Virus record (IMG/VR): IMGVR_UViG_3300037044_000237
Span: 1-33,355 of that record
From: a virus
Lineage: Duplodnaviria > Caudoviricetes
DNA: 33,355 bases
Direction: 5' to 3' (one strand)
A program made the translations under genes and the position numbers. The notes beneath the pieces are model-generated. The model did not search any database, had not been told where the DNA came from, and saw only the letters and a program-made list of their open reading frames with translations. Of this stretch, positions 16,731 to 25,707 are shown in pieces (the stretch's first letter is position 1; every line of letters begins with the position of its first letter).

Positions 16731-17834
16731 ATGTTTAAGGTAGAAAAGGGCACGGATAAAGCAGTAATTACCGCATACGGCAACGTTGGCGGGTACTTTC
16801 TTGACTACCGTAACATTGCTGATGCCCTCTCTGAAATTTCACGGGCCGGATACAAGCAGGTTGATATCCGTATGCACACCCACGGCGGCAGTGTTATTGA
16901 CGGTAACATGATCTTCAATTTCATTACAAGCTTTAAGGGGCAGATAGATATATACGTTGACGGTATTGCCGCATCTATGGGATCAATTATTGCCCTGGCG
17001 TCCGACAGGCTTCATATTGCCGAAAACGGGTTTATAATGATCCATAGCCCAAAGGGTTCCGGATACGGTACCGCGAAGGAGCTAATTGAATCGGCCAAAT
17101 TGCTCACCAGCCTGGAGAAAAACTTCACGACAAAGTTGGCAGCCCGTATGGGCAAATCCCCGGATGAAATCCGAGCCGCATATTTCGATGGAATCGACCA
17201 CTGGATCGACGCTGATGAGGCCGTCGCCTTAAAACTTGCAACCGACAAGTTTACCTCAAAAAACGGGAATTTGTCGTTCACTAAAGCCGACGCCGAGCGC
17301 GAAGGGCTCAAAGGCATGTTTGGCCAATACACCGCCTTACTTGACATTGTTACACCAATCCCAATACCAGAAACAGACATGAAAATTGTAAACATGAAGC
17401 TCGGCATTGCCGAGGGAGCCAGCGAACAGGAAGCCGTAACGGCCATTGAGGCTACGCTCAAACGCGCCCAGGATGCTGAGGCCGCTCTTAAGGTTTTACA
17501 GGATAAAGAGAAGCTTATCCTGAAAGCCGAAGTAAAAACCCTGCTTGATGCCGCTTTGGCCGATGGTAAAATCGCCGCCACTGGCCGCACCGCCTGGGAA
17601 GCCCAGTTTGAAAAAGACCATGAATCGGCAAAAGCACTTCTTGATTGCGTGCCCAAAAGGGTAAGCGCACAGGCGGTGGTTGAAGCCGGGCAAAAACCGG
17701 CTGATACCAAGTTGCTCACCATGACCTACGACCAGCTCGACAAACAGGGCCTCATTCTCGAAATGAAAGCCAAGTTCCCTGAGGAGTACAAAGAGCTCTT
17801 TAAAAAGGAGTTTGGCACATACCCGAACGCCTGA
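16731..17834 (+). CDS. ClpP-type prohead protease fused to scaffold domain
   Basis: HTHGGSV, DGIAASMGS (Ser), IMIHSP (His), DHWIDADEA; Ala/Glu/Lys-rich helical C-half. Confidence 0.9.
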   Translation: MFKVEKGTDKAVITAYGNVGGYFLDYRNIADALSEISRAGYKQVDIRMHTHGGSVIDGNMIFNFITSFKGQIDIYVDGIAASMGSIIALASDRLHIAENGFIMIHSPKGSGYGTAKELIESAKLLTSLEKNFTTKLAARMGKSPDEIRAAYFDGIDHWIDADEAVALKLATDKFTSKNGNLSFTKADAEREGLKGMFGQYTALLDIVTPIPIPETDMKIVNMKLGIAEGASEQEAVTAIEATLKRAQDAEAALKVLQDKEKLILKAEVKTLLDAALADGKIAATGRTAWEAQFEKDHESAKALLDCVPKRVSAQAVVEAGQKPADTKLLTMTYDQLDKQGLILEMKAKFPEEYKELFKKEFGTYPNA

Positions 17835-17892
17835 TCTGAAAAGCCAGGATAAAACTAACCAAGGATTTTTAAAACCCAAAACCCAAACAAAC

Positions 17893-18951
17893 GTGAAAAA
17901 GATCAGTGCATTTTTATTTAACATGGTAGCCGCCACCCTGCTTTTGGCAGTTGTGGGCCTGCCCGTTTTGGCCGCTCCGGCGGTTGCTCTCATTACCGGC
18001 TTTCTGCCCACCAGCGGAGGCTTAATGATGGCCATTCAAAAGGAGATATGGCAAAAGGATATCGTTAGCACCCTGTTTGCCGACAATACCTTTTTATCGA
18101 AGGCCTTTAACGCCGACAGTTATGTACTTGCCGGTAAGGTAGTACACATACCACAGGCCGGAACTCCATCCGCCGTTGTAAAAAACAGGGCAGTTCTCCC
18201 CGCAGTTGCAGTTAAGCGTACCGATACTGAAATCAGCTACTCGCTCGACGAATACACCACTACCCCACGCGTTGTACAGGTAACTGAGCAGGTAGAAGCA
18301 AGCTACGATAAACGGCAGTCGGTTATTGGTGAAGATAAGGACGCGCTGATGGAGGCAGTAAGTGAAGAGTTCATTGACAAGTGGAGCCCTGAAGCTGCCG
18401 CTGCCGCCACCTGCTATTTGCGCACCACAGGAGCTGCCGTTGTGGCACACTTGCCAGGCGCAACGGGTAACCGAATGGCAATAACGGTCAGTGATGTGGC
18501 CGACGCCCAATTTAAAATGAACAGCCTTAATATACCTAAGGCTGAACGGTACGCGCTTATAGATTCATGGATGTATAAGCAGCTGCTGGCCAATATGACT
18601 ACGGCCGCACAGGTTGCGTTTCACGCACAGGCCGATGTTGCAAAGGGAACGATTGGTAAACTGCACGGCTTTGAGTTTTACGAACGCAGCTCTGTAACCA
18701 GGTACACCAACGTTGCCACCCCGGTTCATAAAACATGGGACACGGCGAATGCAATAACGGATAACGCCGCTGCCTTATTCTGGCAGAAAAACAGCGTTGA
18801 GCGCGCACTCGGTGAAGTCGTGGCGTTCGATAATTCCAAAGATGCCACCTACTACGGCGATGTTCTGTCGTTCCTTATTAGGGCGGGCGGACGCATAAGG
18901 CGCGCTGACTATAAGGGTGTTATTGCTTTAATTCAAACGGCTACAGCCTAA
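17893..18951 (+). CDS. Major capsid protein with hydrophobic N-terminal leader
   Basis: Follows protease; KEIW, GKVVHIPQAG, IGKLHGFEFYER; likely GTG start 17893 after an A/C-rich tract. Confidence 0.82.
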   Translation: MKKISAFLFNMVAATLLLAVVGLPVLAAPAVALITGFLPTSGGLMMAIQKEIWQKDIVSTLFADNTFLSKAFNADSYVLAGKVVHIPQAGTPSAVVKNRAVLPAVAVKRTDTEISYSLDEYTTTPRVVQVTEQVEASYDKRQSVIGEDKDALMEAVSEEFIDKWSPEAAAAATCYLRTTGAAVVAHLPGATGNRMAITVSDVADAQFKMNSLNIPKAERYALIDSWMYKQLLANMTTAAQVAFHAQADVAKGTIGKLHGFEFYERSSVTRYTNVATPVHKTWDTANAITDNAAALFWQKNSVERALGEVVAFDNSKDATYYGDVLSFLIRAGGRIRRADYKGVIALIQTATA

Positions 18952-18972
18952 ACGATACAGCCACACGGCATC

Positions 18973-19007
18973 GCGGGGGCAGTGAAATTAAACATTCCTG
19001 CCCCCGC
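18973..19007 (+). promoter_or_regulatory. GC-rich stem-loop after capsid gene
   Basis: GCGGGGGCAG...CTGCCCCCGC 10-bp inverted repeat with no U-tract. Confidence 0.55.
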
Positions 19008-19034
19008 TAATAACCAACCTTAAACACACTCGGC

Positions 19035-19442
19035 ATGAGCAGGGGATTACGAAACAACAACCCAGGGAACATAAGAATACTTGGTGACAGATTCCAGGGC
19101 GAAAAGACCCCCTCGCGGGACTTGGAGTTCAAGGAGTTTTACTCCATCGATTACGGTTACAGGGCCATGTTTGTAATGCTTGCCACCTACATCACAAAAG
19201 GGTATGATACGGTTGAAAAGATAATCAACCGATGGGCCCCGAATACCGAGAATGACACAAAGGCTTACATCAATACTGTTGTCAGGTTATCAGGGGTTAC
19301 TGCCCAGGCTCGCCTTACAACCCAAAGCGGGCCAGCTATTAAAAGGATAGTGGCCGCCATGAGTTTCGTTGAAAACGGCAAAGCCGCCAATTTGGATGAC
19401 GTTGAAAAGGGCTTTAAACTACAAAACCGGATCGTATGCTGA
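19035..19442 (+). CDS. Putative lysozyme-fold endolysin (RNNNPGNIR family)
   Basis: RGLRNNNPGNIR, YGYRA, RWAP.ENDTKAY, ENG; next to holin. Confidence 0.7.
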   Translation: MSRGLRNNNPGNIRILGDRFQGEKTPSRDLEFKEFYSIDYGYRAMFVMLATYITKGYDTVEKIINRWAPNTENDTKAYINTVVRLSGVTAQARLTTQSGPAIKRIVAAMSFVENGKAANLDDVEKGFKLQNRIVC

Positions 19443-19972
19443 GCGGGAAATGGATAGCGGGCATCGTAGGCGGCGTGGTTGGCTATTTATCGGCAACCGG
19501 GTGGCTTATGCTCATATCGATCATGATGGTTCTTTACGACTCCTACACAGCCTGGGAACTTTCATACAGGGTAAAAAAGACATTCCCTGGCTTAAGCGAT
19601 GGCAAATTTAAAAGCAATGCCGCTTTAAAGGCAATCAGGAAGATCAGGGATTATTGCCTGGTTATCATTCTGGCCTACATGATCCAGGATAAGATAGTTA
19701 TCATGTTTAACCTATACCTGCCCTATGTGGCCGCCGGGATTTTCGTTTTTGTTGAATTCTGGTCTATACTGGAGAACAAGAGCTCATGTAACGGCGGCAA
19801 GTGGGCACAGGTACTTCAAAAGGTGATGGTTGATAAAACGGCCAGGCATTTCAATATTGACGCGAATGAGCTTAACGCAATACTAAAAGGACATGCATAT
19901 AACAAAAACGATTACCCTCCTTCTGATACTTCCGTTGGTGATGTCGTGCCGGGTGACCAGGCAGCAGGATGA
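19436..19972 (+). CDS. Holin
   Basis: About three hydrophobic helices and EFWSILEN motif. Confidence 0.75.
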   Translation: MLSGKWIAGIVGGVVGYLSATGWLMLISIMMVLYDSYTAWELSYRVKKTFPGLSDGKFKSNAALKAIRKIRDYCLVIILAYMIQDKIVIMFNLYLPYVAAGIFVFVEFWSILENKSSCNGGKWAQVLQKVMVDKTARHFNIDANELNAILKGHAYNKNDYPPSDTSVGDVVPGDQAAG

Positions 19973-20384
19973 GGTTCCCCTCGAGACTAAGACCGAGGTC
20001 AGGGAACGGAATGTTGACATAGCCGCTGTTCAGGATAGCGGTGCAATACGGGCCTACTTTGAATGCGACTCTAATAACAAAGTTGTGCTGAGGGAGTATA
20101 ACCAGCTTATGAGCGACTTTGTGAGCCTTAAATCGCTGATGACACCCACTGATAAAGGGCTGCTTTTTACGGCTGACCTTAAAACAAACCACCCGCCCAC
20201 AAAGGCCACAGTTAGAGACAGCCTCGTTTACAAAGAGGTGCCGGTAAAAGTGAAGGGCGATACTATCGAGGTAACAAAGCCGCTTACCTGGCTTCAAAAA
20301 CTTCTCATTTACAGTGGGTCGGCACTATGGCTCATTATCATTTTTTACACAGGATTCAAATTTTACAAACTCTTAAAAACTTAA
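19893..20384 (+). CDS. Probable unimolecular spanin
   Basis: Lipoprotein signal (LVMS-C) plus C-terminal TM helix; in lysis cassette. Confidence 0.65.
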   Translation: MHITKTITLLLILPLVMSCRVTRQQDEVPLETKTEVRERNVDIAAVQDSGAIRAYFECDSNNKVVLREYNQLMSDFVSLKSLMTPTDKGLLFTADLKTNHPPTKATVRDSLVYKEVPVKVKGDTIEVTKPLTWLQKLLIYSGSALWLIIIFYTGFKFYKLLKT

Positions 20385-20388
20385 CGAG

Positions 20389-20901
20389 ATGGCAGAAATA
20401 CGAATGAAAGGCCTTTTAGGCATTGATATTGCAGATATACCCGTTGGAGGTGGGGTACCTCTTGTTGGCGGATGGGGATCAATCGGGGTTACCTACCGCG
20501 ATGAGGCAACCCTGGCCGAGGACGATCCAACGGAAACCGAGCACTTCAGCAACGAAAACGACGACCCGGAGGAGTCGGATATTACGTCCGGGAAGCGTAA
20601 ACTAACATTTGCATTGATCGACTTTGACCCTGATACCCTGGTTAAATTTATGGGCGGAACGGCAACTGGAACCGGGTCTGCAAAGGTGTGGAACGCACCC
20701 GCCCAGAAGTCAAAGATTGAAAAGGCCTTCAGGCTGAAAAGTAAAAACGGGTATTACATTACTTTCCCACGCGTAAGTTTCTCGGCTAAACTTGACTACA
20801 AGCTTGCCCCAAGCGGTATTGCAAAGGTTATAGTAACGGGCACGGTTATGACCCCGACCGGTGCCGGAGTTGCCTCAGTGATCAAGGGTACGCTGGCTTA
20901 A
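20389..20901 (+). CDS. Tail tube (major tail) protein
   Basis: 170 aa beta-rich, upstream of chaperone and tape measure genes. Confidence 0.75.
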   Translation: MAEIRMKGLLGIDIADIPVGGGVPLVGGWGSIGVTYRDEATLAEDDPTETEHFSNENDDPEESDITSGKRKLTFALIDFDPDTLVKFMGGTATGTGSAKVWNAPAQKSKIEKAFRLKSKNGYYITFPRVSFSAKLDYKLAPSGIAKVIVTGTVMTPTGAGVASVIKGTLA

Positions 20902-20902
20902 G

Positions 20903-21361
20903 ATGACGCCGGAACTTCAGGCGGCAAACTCACTGCTTAAGCGGGGCGTGCGATTCAAACTGCCCGCCCCGCCTCTTTTCAGGCTACTTGGCGCAAAGCA
21001 CGTAAGCATAAACATAACGCCGCTTTATGCAGGAACCGAGCTACGGATAGCCGCGCTACTATCAGAGAAAGGAATTACTGAAGAAAAACTGAATGCAGAC
21101 CCGTCAATGCTCATGTATCAGCACTACAACGACATACTGAAAATAGTTGCCCTGGCAAGCCTCAACCGGTTTGCTATATCGCGTCTGGCAATGTGGCTCC
21201 GCATTTGGTTGCTACGCCAGGCTTCTGTATGGCAGCTTTACGAGTTGTACTCAATGATCAGGCAGTTTAGCGGGACAGGCCCTTTTTTGAATATTACCAG
21301 ATTAGTCATTCAAACGAGGATGACAGCTCCGAATCTGGGGCAGACGGCGAAGGGGAGTTAA
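20903..21361 (+). CDS. Tail assembly chaperone (G-like)
   Basis: Position; contains slippery T TTT TTG. Confidence 0.75.
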   Translation: MTPELQAANSLLKRGVRFKLPAPPLFRLLGAKHVSINITPLYAGTELRIAALLSEKGITEEKLNADPSMLMYQHYNDILKIVALASLNRFAISRLAMWLRIWLLRQASVWQLYELYSMIRQFSGTGPFLNITRLVIQTRMTAPNLGQTAKGS

Positions 21362-21567
21362 AAGGCTATTACGATGGCCTTCATAGCCCCTGGGGTTTTT
21401 TATGGAGTATACAGGAAAAAACAGGATGGACAGACGAATATTTGTTGTGGGGCATTAGCCTGGTTAACTTGCGCATGAAGCTGGCCGACGGGCTTAAATA
21501 TCACAAAGGCAGCAAACCGATTGAAGTTGAAAACTGGGACGAACTTGAAATAAGGTGCGACTTATGA
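21283..21567 (+). CDS. Tail chaperone -1 frameshift extension (GT-like)
   Basis: -1 frame open: FFEYYQISH...HSPWGFLWSIQEKTGWTDEYLLWGISLVNLRMKLAD...RCDL; TGA overlaps ATG 21564. Confidence 0.75.
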   Translation, partial: FFEYYQISHSNEDDSSESGADGEGELKGYYDGLHSPWGFLWSIQEKTGWTDEYLLWGISLVNLRMKLADGLKYHKGSKPIEVENWDELEIRCDL

Positions 21568-21836
21568 CAGACGAAATGCATAAAAAGGCGAATGAGATAA
21601 AATCGGAAATAGCGCTCCGCACCGCTGACCTTGAGAAGGCAAAGATCGCTTTTGCCGGTCTCTCAATTGAAAATCCTGCTGCCCGAACCTTCATCCGGGT
21701 GTCCGTTCCATCTGAAGTTTTAAAGTCATTCAATATCCAGGAATTTATCTACCCTGAAGTTGAAATATTGCTTGAGTACATTAAACGGCTCGAGTCGTAC
21801 TTATCCATTTTAAACGCTGAATATTTAGCACTGTAA
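21564..21836 (+). CDS. Hypothetical protein between chaperone and tape measure
   Basis: ATGA-coupled ORF ending 2 nt before the tape measure start. Confidence 0.6.
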   Translation: MTDEMHKKANEIKSEIALRTADLEKAKIAFAGLSIENPAARTFIRVSVPSEVLKSFNIQEFIYPEVEILLEYIKRLESYLSILNAEYLAL

Positions 21837-21838
21837 CT

Positions 21839-24800
21839 ATGCCAGATACATTAGGCCCGGTTGAATTAGAATTTTCAATTCCTGACGATTTTGAAAAGGA
21901 TATTGATTCCGCCATCAAGAAGATGGCCGGTTTAACCGGTGCCGCCTCAAAATTGCCCGCCGATGTAAAAGCCGCTATGGTTGAGCAGTCGGCTGTTGTT
22001 AAAGCAATAGAAGCGGATGTTAAAGCGCTTGAAAAAAGTCTTAACAGCGTTGCACCTGGTAAAGCAAAGCAGGAGATCATTCAGGAGGTTGCGGCTGCCA
22101 AGCGCGCACTGGCAGAGGAGTCGGCAAGCCTGAAGCAACTTGAGACCGCATACGACGGAGCTAAAGAGGGGTCACGGCGTTTAAGCTTCCAGCTCCGCGA
22201 CATGCAGGATCAGCTTACAAAAATGAGGCTGGCCGGTAAGCAGGGAACCGAGGAGTATAGAAAAATGGAGCTGGCCGCTGCAGCTCTCGCCGATGAGATC
22301 GCCGACGTCAGAAATGTAACCAGGCAGCTCGCCGATGACCAGGGGAACTTCAAAGGATTTGCCGATGGTGTTACCGGTGTTACCGGAGCATTCGCGGCAG
22401 CCGGTGGAGCCGTCGCCCTGTTTGTGGGCGAAAATGAAAACCTTCAAAAAATACAGACTAAGGTCCAGGGCCTGATGGCGATAACTATCGGCCTTCAGCA
22501 GGTTTCTACCGCGTTGAATAAGGACAGCGCATTTATGACCATTACGGTGGCTAAAGGAAAACAGCTTTGGGCAGCCGCGGAAACAAAGCTTACAGCGGCA
22601 CTATGGGGAAGTAATGTTGCCGCAAAGGCTCTGATGGCAACACTGACACTCGGCATTGCCGTGGCAATACCGGTTATTATATCGCTTTTAGATCGTTGGA
22701 ATACTGCTCAGAAAGAAGCAATTGAGGCACAAAGGGAGGCAGTTAAAATTACAAAAGATGCCAATATCGAGGCTGGAAAATCAAGGGTTGAAATAGAAAT
22801 GCTGATATCAAAGCTACGCGATTTCAAGGGTTCAAAGCTTGACGAAAAGCGCATGGTTGATGAGGTGAATAAAAAGTATGGCGACACCTTTGGCACATAT
22901 AAAACGCTGGCCTCATGGCTTGATGTTCTTAAAACCAAGTCGGATGCCTATGTTGAGTCCATGTTTCTCCAGGCAAAGGTACAGGGGCTGATTGCAAAGG
23001 CAAATGAGGTTGAGTCAAAAATTCAGAATTATGAAACCGAGCCACTTAAAACATTTGAGCGTGGAAATGACGGATATCAGACAGTTAATACCCCTCAGGG
23101 GAATGTCCGCACATTTGACCCTCAACTTGCAAAGCAACAAGCGGAGGAGCGTAAACAGCAATTTATAAAAGCCTTACAAGCCGAGCGTGATCAGATTAAG
23201 CGCGAGGCTAAGGAAGAACAAGCCAAGTACTTGAAGCTAACGGCGGCTACCGGAATAAACCCAGGCCTTGACCCTGGAAAAACTGACAAGGAAAAGACTG
23301 AAAAGACCTACGCTCAAAAACTGGCCGAGATAAAGAAGTTCTATGAGCTGTATAAGAAAGCCATTGAGTTAGGCCAGGCTGAAGCCGCCGCAATATTTCA
23401 GAAGCAGCTACCCGATGCATCAACCTTCCAGGGTTATGTTGATTCAGAAATAAGCAAGGCAAGCAAAGAAGGCAACCAGGAAAAACTATCGGCACTCCTC
23501 CCGGAGCAGGAGCAATTCAGGGCGGGGCTAAATGAATTACTTGGCGAATTCAAGACCTACCAGGAGCAACGTGCCGCAATCGAAAAAGAGTACAATGAGA
23601 AAATATGGCTATTTACAAAGGCCGGTTATACTGAGAAGGCTAAAGTAGCCGCTGAGGCTCGTGATAAGGAGCTTCAGGAGCTTGACGAAAGCCAGCCGCT
23701 GAACAAGCTTATTGATAAGTACCGGGACTACCGCGGGCAAATTGTCAAGATTACCGAGGACAGCCAAAAAGAGATAGACGCCCTGAGGGCCGCCGGGAAT
23801 GAAAACGAGGCTATTGAAGCTGAGCTAAGACGTGACCAGGAGATCGGTAAGCTTATACTCGATAATGAGTTTAAGCAGTATGAGAAAATTGAAGAAATGG
23901 GGCGCAAAGAGCTCCAGGCCTTCATGTTAAAAATCAAGACGAAAATTGAGGTACTCAAAGCTGAAGGTAAAAACGTTGAACTGCTCGAGCAGGTTTATAA
24001 TAAAGCACAAAAGGCACTATCTGGCGGTGATGGCGCGGCAAATAAGTTTAAAAATGTTGCCGATATATTCGGATCAATTACCCAGGCCGCCGGTCTTATG
24101 AACGACGAGCTCGGCCGCATGGTTGGCCTCGCCGCTAACTTGGCCAGTAATATGAGCGGGGCGCTCGAGTCAATGAAAAAAGGCGGTGCTGAAGCTATAA
24201 GCGGTTTTGGTACAATTGTTAGCATAGTGGCCACAATAGCCGATGAACTTGATAAGCAATGGGGCAGGCAGGCACGCATTGCTGATCTGGAGCAGAAGCG
24301 CATTGCAAATAATAACAGGCTCAGGAATGTGATTGATAATACAACAGATGCGCTTGAAAGGCAGCTGAAGGCACTCGACAGGATAAGCGGTGCTGAAAAG
24401 CCGGAGGCATATAATGAAACACTTGATTTTCTCCGTGCAAAAATCGAAAGCACACAGGCGGCAATAGACACCTTTAAGTTCGATTTCTTGCCCGGCCCTG
24501 ATGACCTTGATCAAACAATTGATCTTGCATTTATTAAGTTCGCCACAAAAGCAGAAACCGAGGCCGAGGCAATAAGAATAGCACTTGCAGATGGCATAAT
24601 CAGCCGGGAGCAGGCCGACATCGCTTTGGAATACATCAGGACACTCGAGCAACTAAGCGATCAGGCCTACGAGATGAGCCAACAGCGGATTGAGTTTCTA
24701 ACCCAAACAAACTCCATCGATCTTGCAAATGAGCTGGCCGACACAATAGTTAATGCCTTTAACGAAGGTGAATCGGCCGCTATGGCCTGGGGGATGGTTA

Positions 24801-25276
24801 CTGACCAGGTGATGGCAAACGCGATTAAAAGCGCGCTAAAAATGAAGCTATTGAGCGGGCCAATTAATGACGCCGTTGCCGCTTTGGCTGACGACATGGA
24901 GGACGGGGCACTTTCGGTGTCAGAGCAAAACGCCTTCCGCGACAAGCTCGACGCCGCGGCTGAGAACTTTAACGCAGCGCTGGCCGCCTACCCTGATCTT
25001 TTCGGCACCGAAACGGCAGCGGCTCTGGCAGAGCCAAACCGGAACATGTTCAGCGGAATGACCCAACAAACCGGTAGTGAGCTACTCGGGCAATTTACCG
25101 CCCTCCGGATGAGCTCCGCCCGTGTGGCCGATATACTTGCCGACGAGCGCAACGCCAGGGCGGCCATGCGGCAGACGCTTGAGATAATTGCTGAGAATAC
25201 CTGGTACTGCCGCAAACTTGATAACATTGACCGAACCTTAACCACTTTAGAAACCGACGGGATAAAAGTAAGATGA
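21839..25276 (+). CDS. Tape measure protein
   Basis: 1145 aa, Ala/Glu/Lys-rich helical with hydrophobic segments; follows chaperones. Confidence 0.92.
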   Translation: MPDTLGPVELEFSIPDDFEKDIDSAIKKMAGLTGAASKLPADVKAAMVEQSAVVKAIEADVKALEKSLNSVAPGKAKQEIIQEVAAAKRALAEESASLKQLETAYDGAKEGSRRLSFQLRDMQDQLTKMRLAGKQGTEEYRKMELAAAALADEIADVRNVTRQLADDQGNFKGFADGVTGVTGAFAAAGGAVALFVGENENLQKIQTKVQGLMAITIGLQQVSTALNKDSAFMTITVAKGKQLWAAAETKLTAALWGSNVAAKALMATLTLGIAVAIPVIISLLDRWNTAQKEAIEAQREAVKITKDANIEAGKSRVEIEMLISKLRDFKGSKLDEKRMVDEVNKKYGDTFGTYKTLASWLDVLKTKSDAYVESMFLQAKVQGLIAKANEVESKIQNYETEPLKTFERGNDGYQTVNTPQGNVRTFDPQLAKQQAEERKQQFIKALQAERDQIKREAKEEQAKYLKLTAATGINPGLDPGKTDKEKTEKTYAQKLAEIKKFYELYKKAIELGQAEAAAIFQKQLPDASTFQGYVDSEISKASKEGNQEKLSALLPEQEQFRAGLNELLGEFKTYQEQRAAIEKEYNEKIWLFTKAGYTEKAKVAAEARDKELQELDESQPLNKLIDKYRDYRGQIVKITEDSQKEIDALRAAGNENEAIEAELRRDQEIGKLILDNEFKQYEKIEEMGRKELQAFMLKIKTKIEVLKAEGKNVELLEQVYNKAQKALSGGDGAANKFKNVADIFGSITQAAGLMNDELGRMVGLAANLASNMSGALESMKKGGAEAISGFGTIVSIVATIADELDKQWGRQARIADLEQKRIANNNRLRNVIDNTTDALERQLKALDRISGAEKPEAYNETLDFLRAKIESTQAAIDTFKFDFLPGPDDLDQTIDLAFIKFATKAETEAEAIRIALADGIISREQADIALEYIRTLEQLSDQAYEMSQQRIEFLTQTNSIDLANELADTIVNAFNEGESAAMAWGMVTDQVMANAIKSALKMKLLSGPINDAVAALADDMEDGALSVSEQNAFRDKLDAAAENFNAALAAYPDLFGTETAAALAEPNRNMFSGMTQQTGSELLGQFTALRMSSARVADILADERNARAAMRQTLEIIAENTWYCRKLDNIDRTLTTLETDGIKVR

Positions 25277-25707
25277 GCCAGGCAAGTAAGATATTGATCG
25301 ATGGACAGGACATTTATACGAATTACGGTGTATTTGCCCTCCGCGGTGCGTTTAACGACCTTGTAAAGCTTCCCGATATGAAGGAGCCGTCAAAATACTC
25401 CTGGGACACTGAAAACGGCGACGACGTTTATCTTGAAAATAGAAAAATACAGGCACGTGACATCACGCTTACCCTGCTGCTATCCGGGGCAACAAAAGAA
25501 GAAATGTGGACTAACAGGCAGGCTCTTTTTGCCGCCATAAGCGCCGATGGATGGCATGACCTGGAACTTGAAACCCTGGGGCGAAAGTTCCAGGTTTACT
25601 ATGTTTCATGCGAGTCGGCAAAGTTTATTAATTCAGGTAAAAAGCGCATTGAATTGCGGCTTAAATTCAGGATTGACGTATCAACACAGGAGAGCATTGA
25701 GATATGA
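25273..25707 (+). CDS. Distal tail (Dit-like) protein
   Basis: IDGQDIYTNYG...W..ENG..VYL...ARDITL; position after tape measure. Confidence 0.65.
   Translation: MSQASKILIDGQDIYTNYGVFALRGAFNDLVKLPDMKEPSKYSWDTENGDDVYLENRKIQARDITLTLLLSGATKEEMWTNRQALFAAISADGWHDLELETLGRKFQVYYVSCESAKFINSGKKRIELRLKFRIDVSTQESIEI

Noticed and set aside
17812-17892. ATG 17812 as capsid start
   Set aside because: Overlaps the protease end and adds low-complexity residues; GTG 17893 has the typical A-rich context.
17012-18510. Long - strand ORFs (236, 179, 138 aa)
   Set aside because: Antisense shadows of protease and capsid genes; no motifs. The same applies to other antisense ORFs over the transposase, terminase, portal and tape measure genes.
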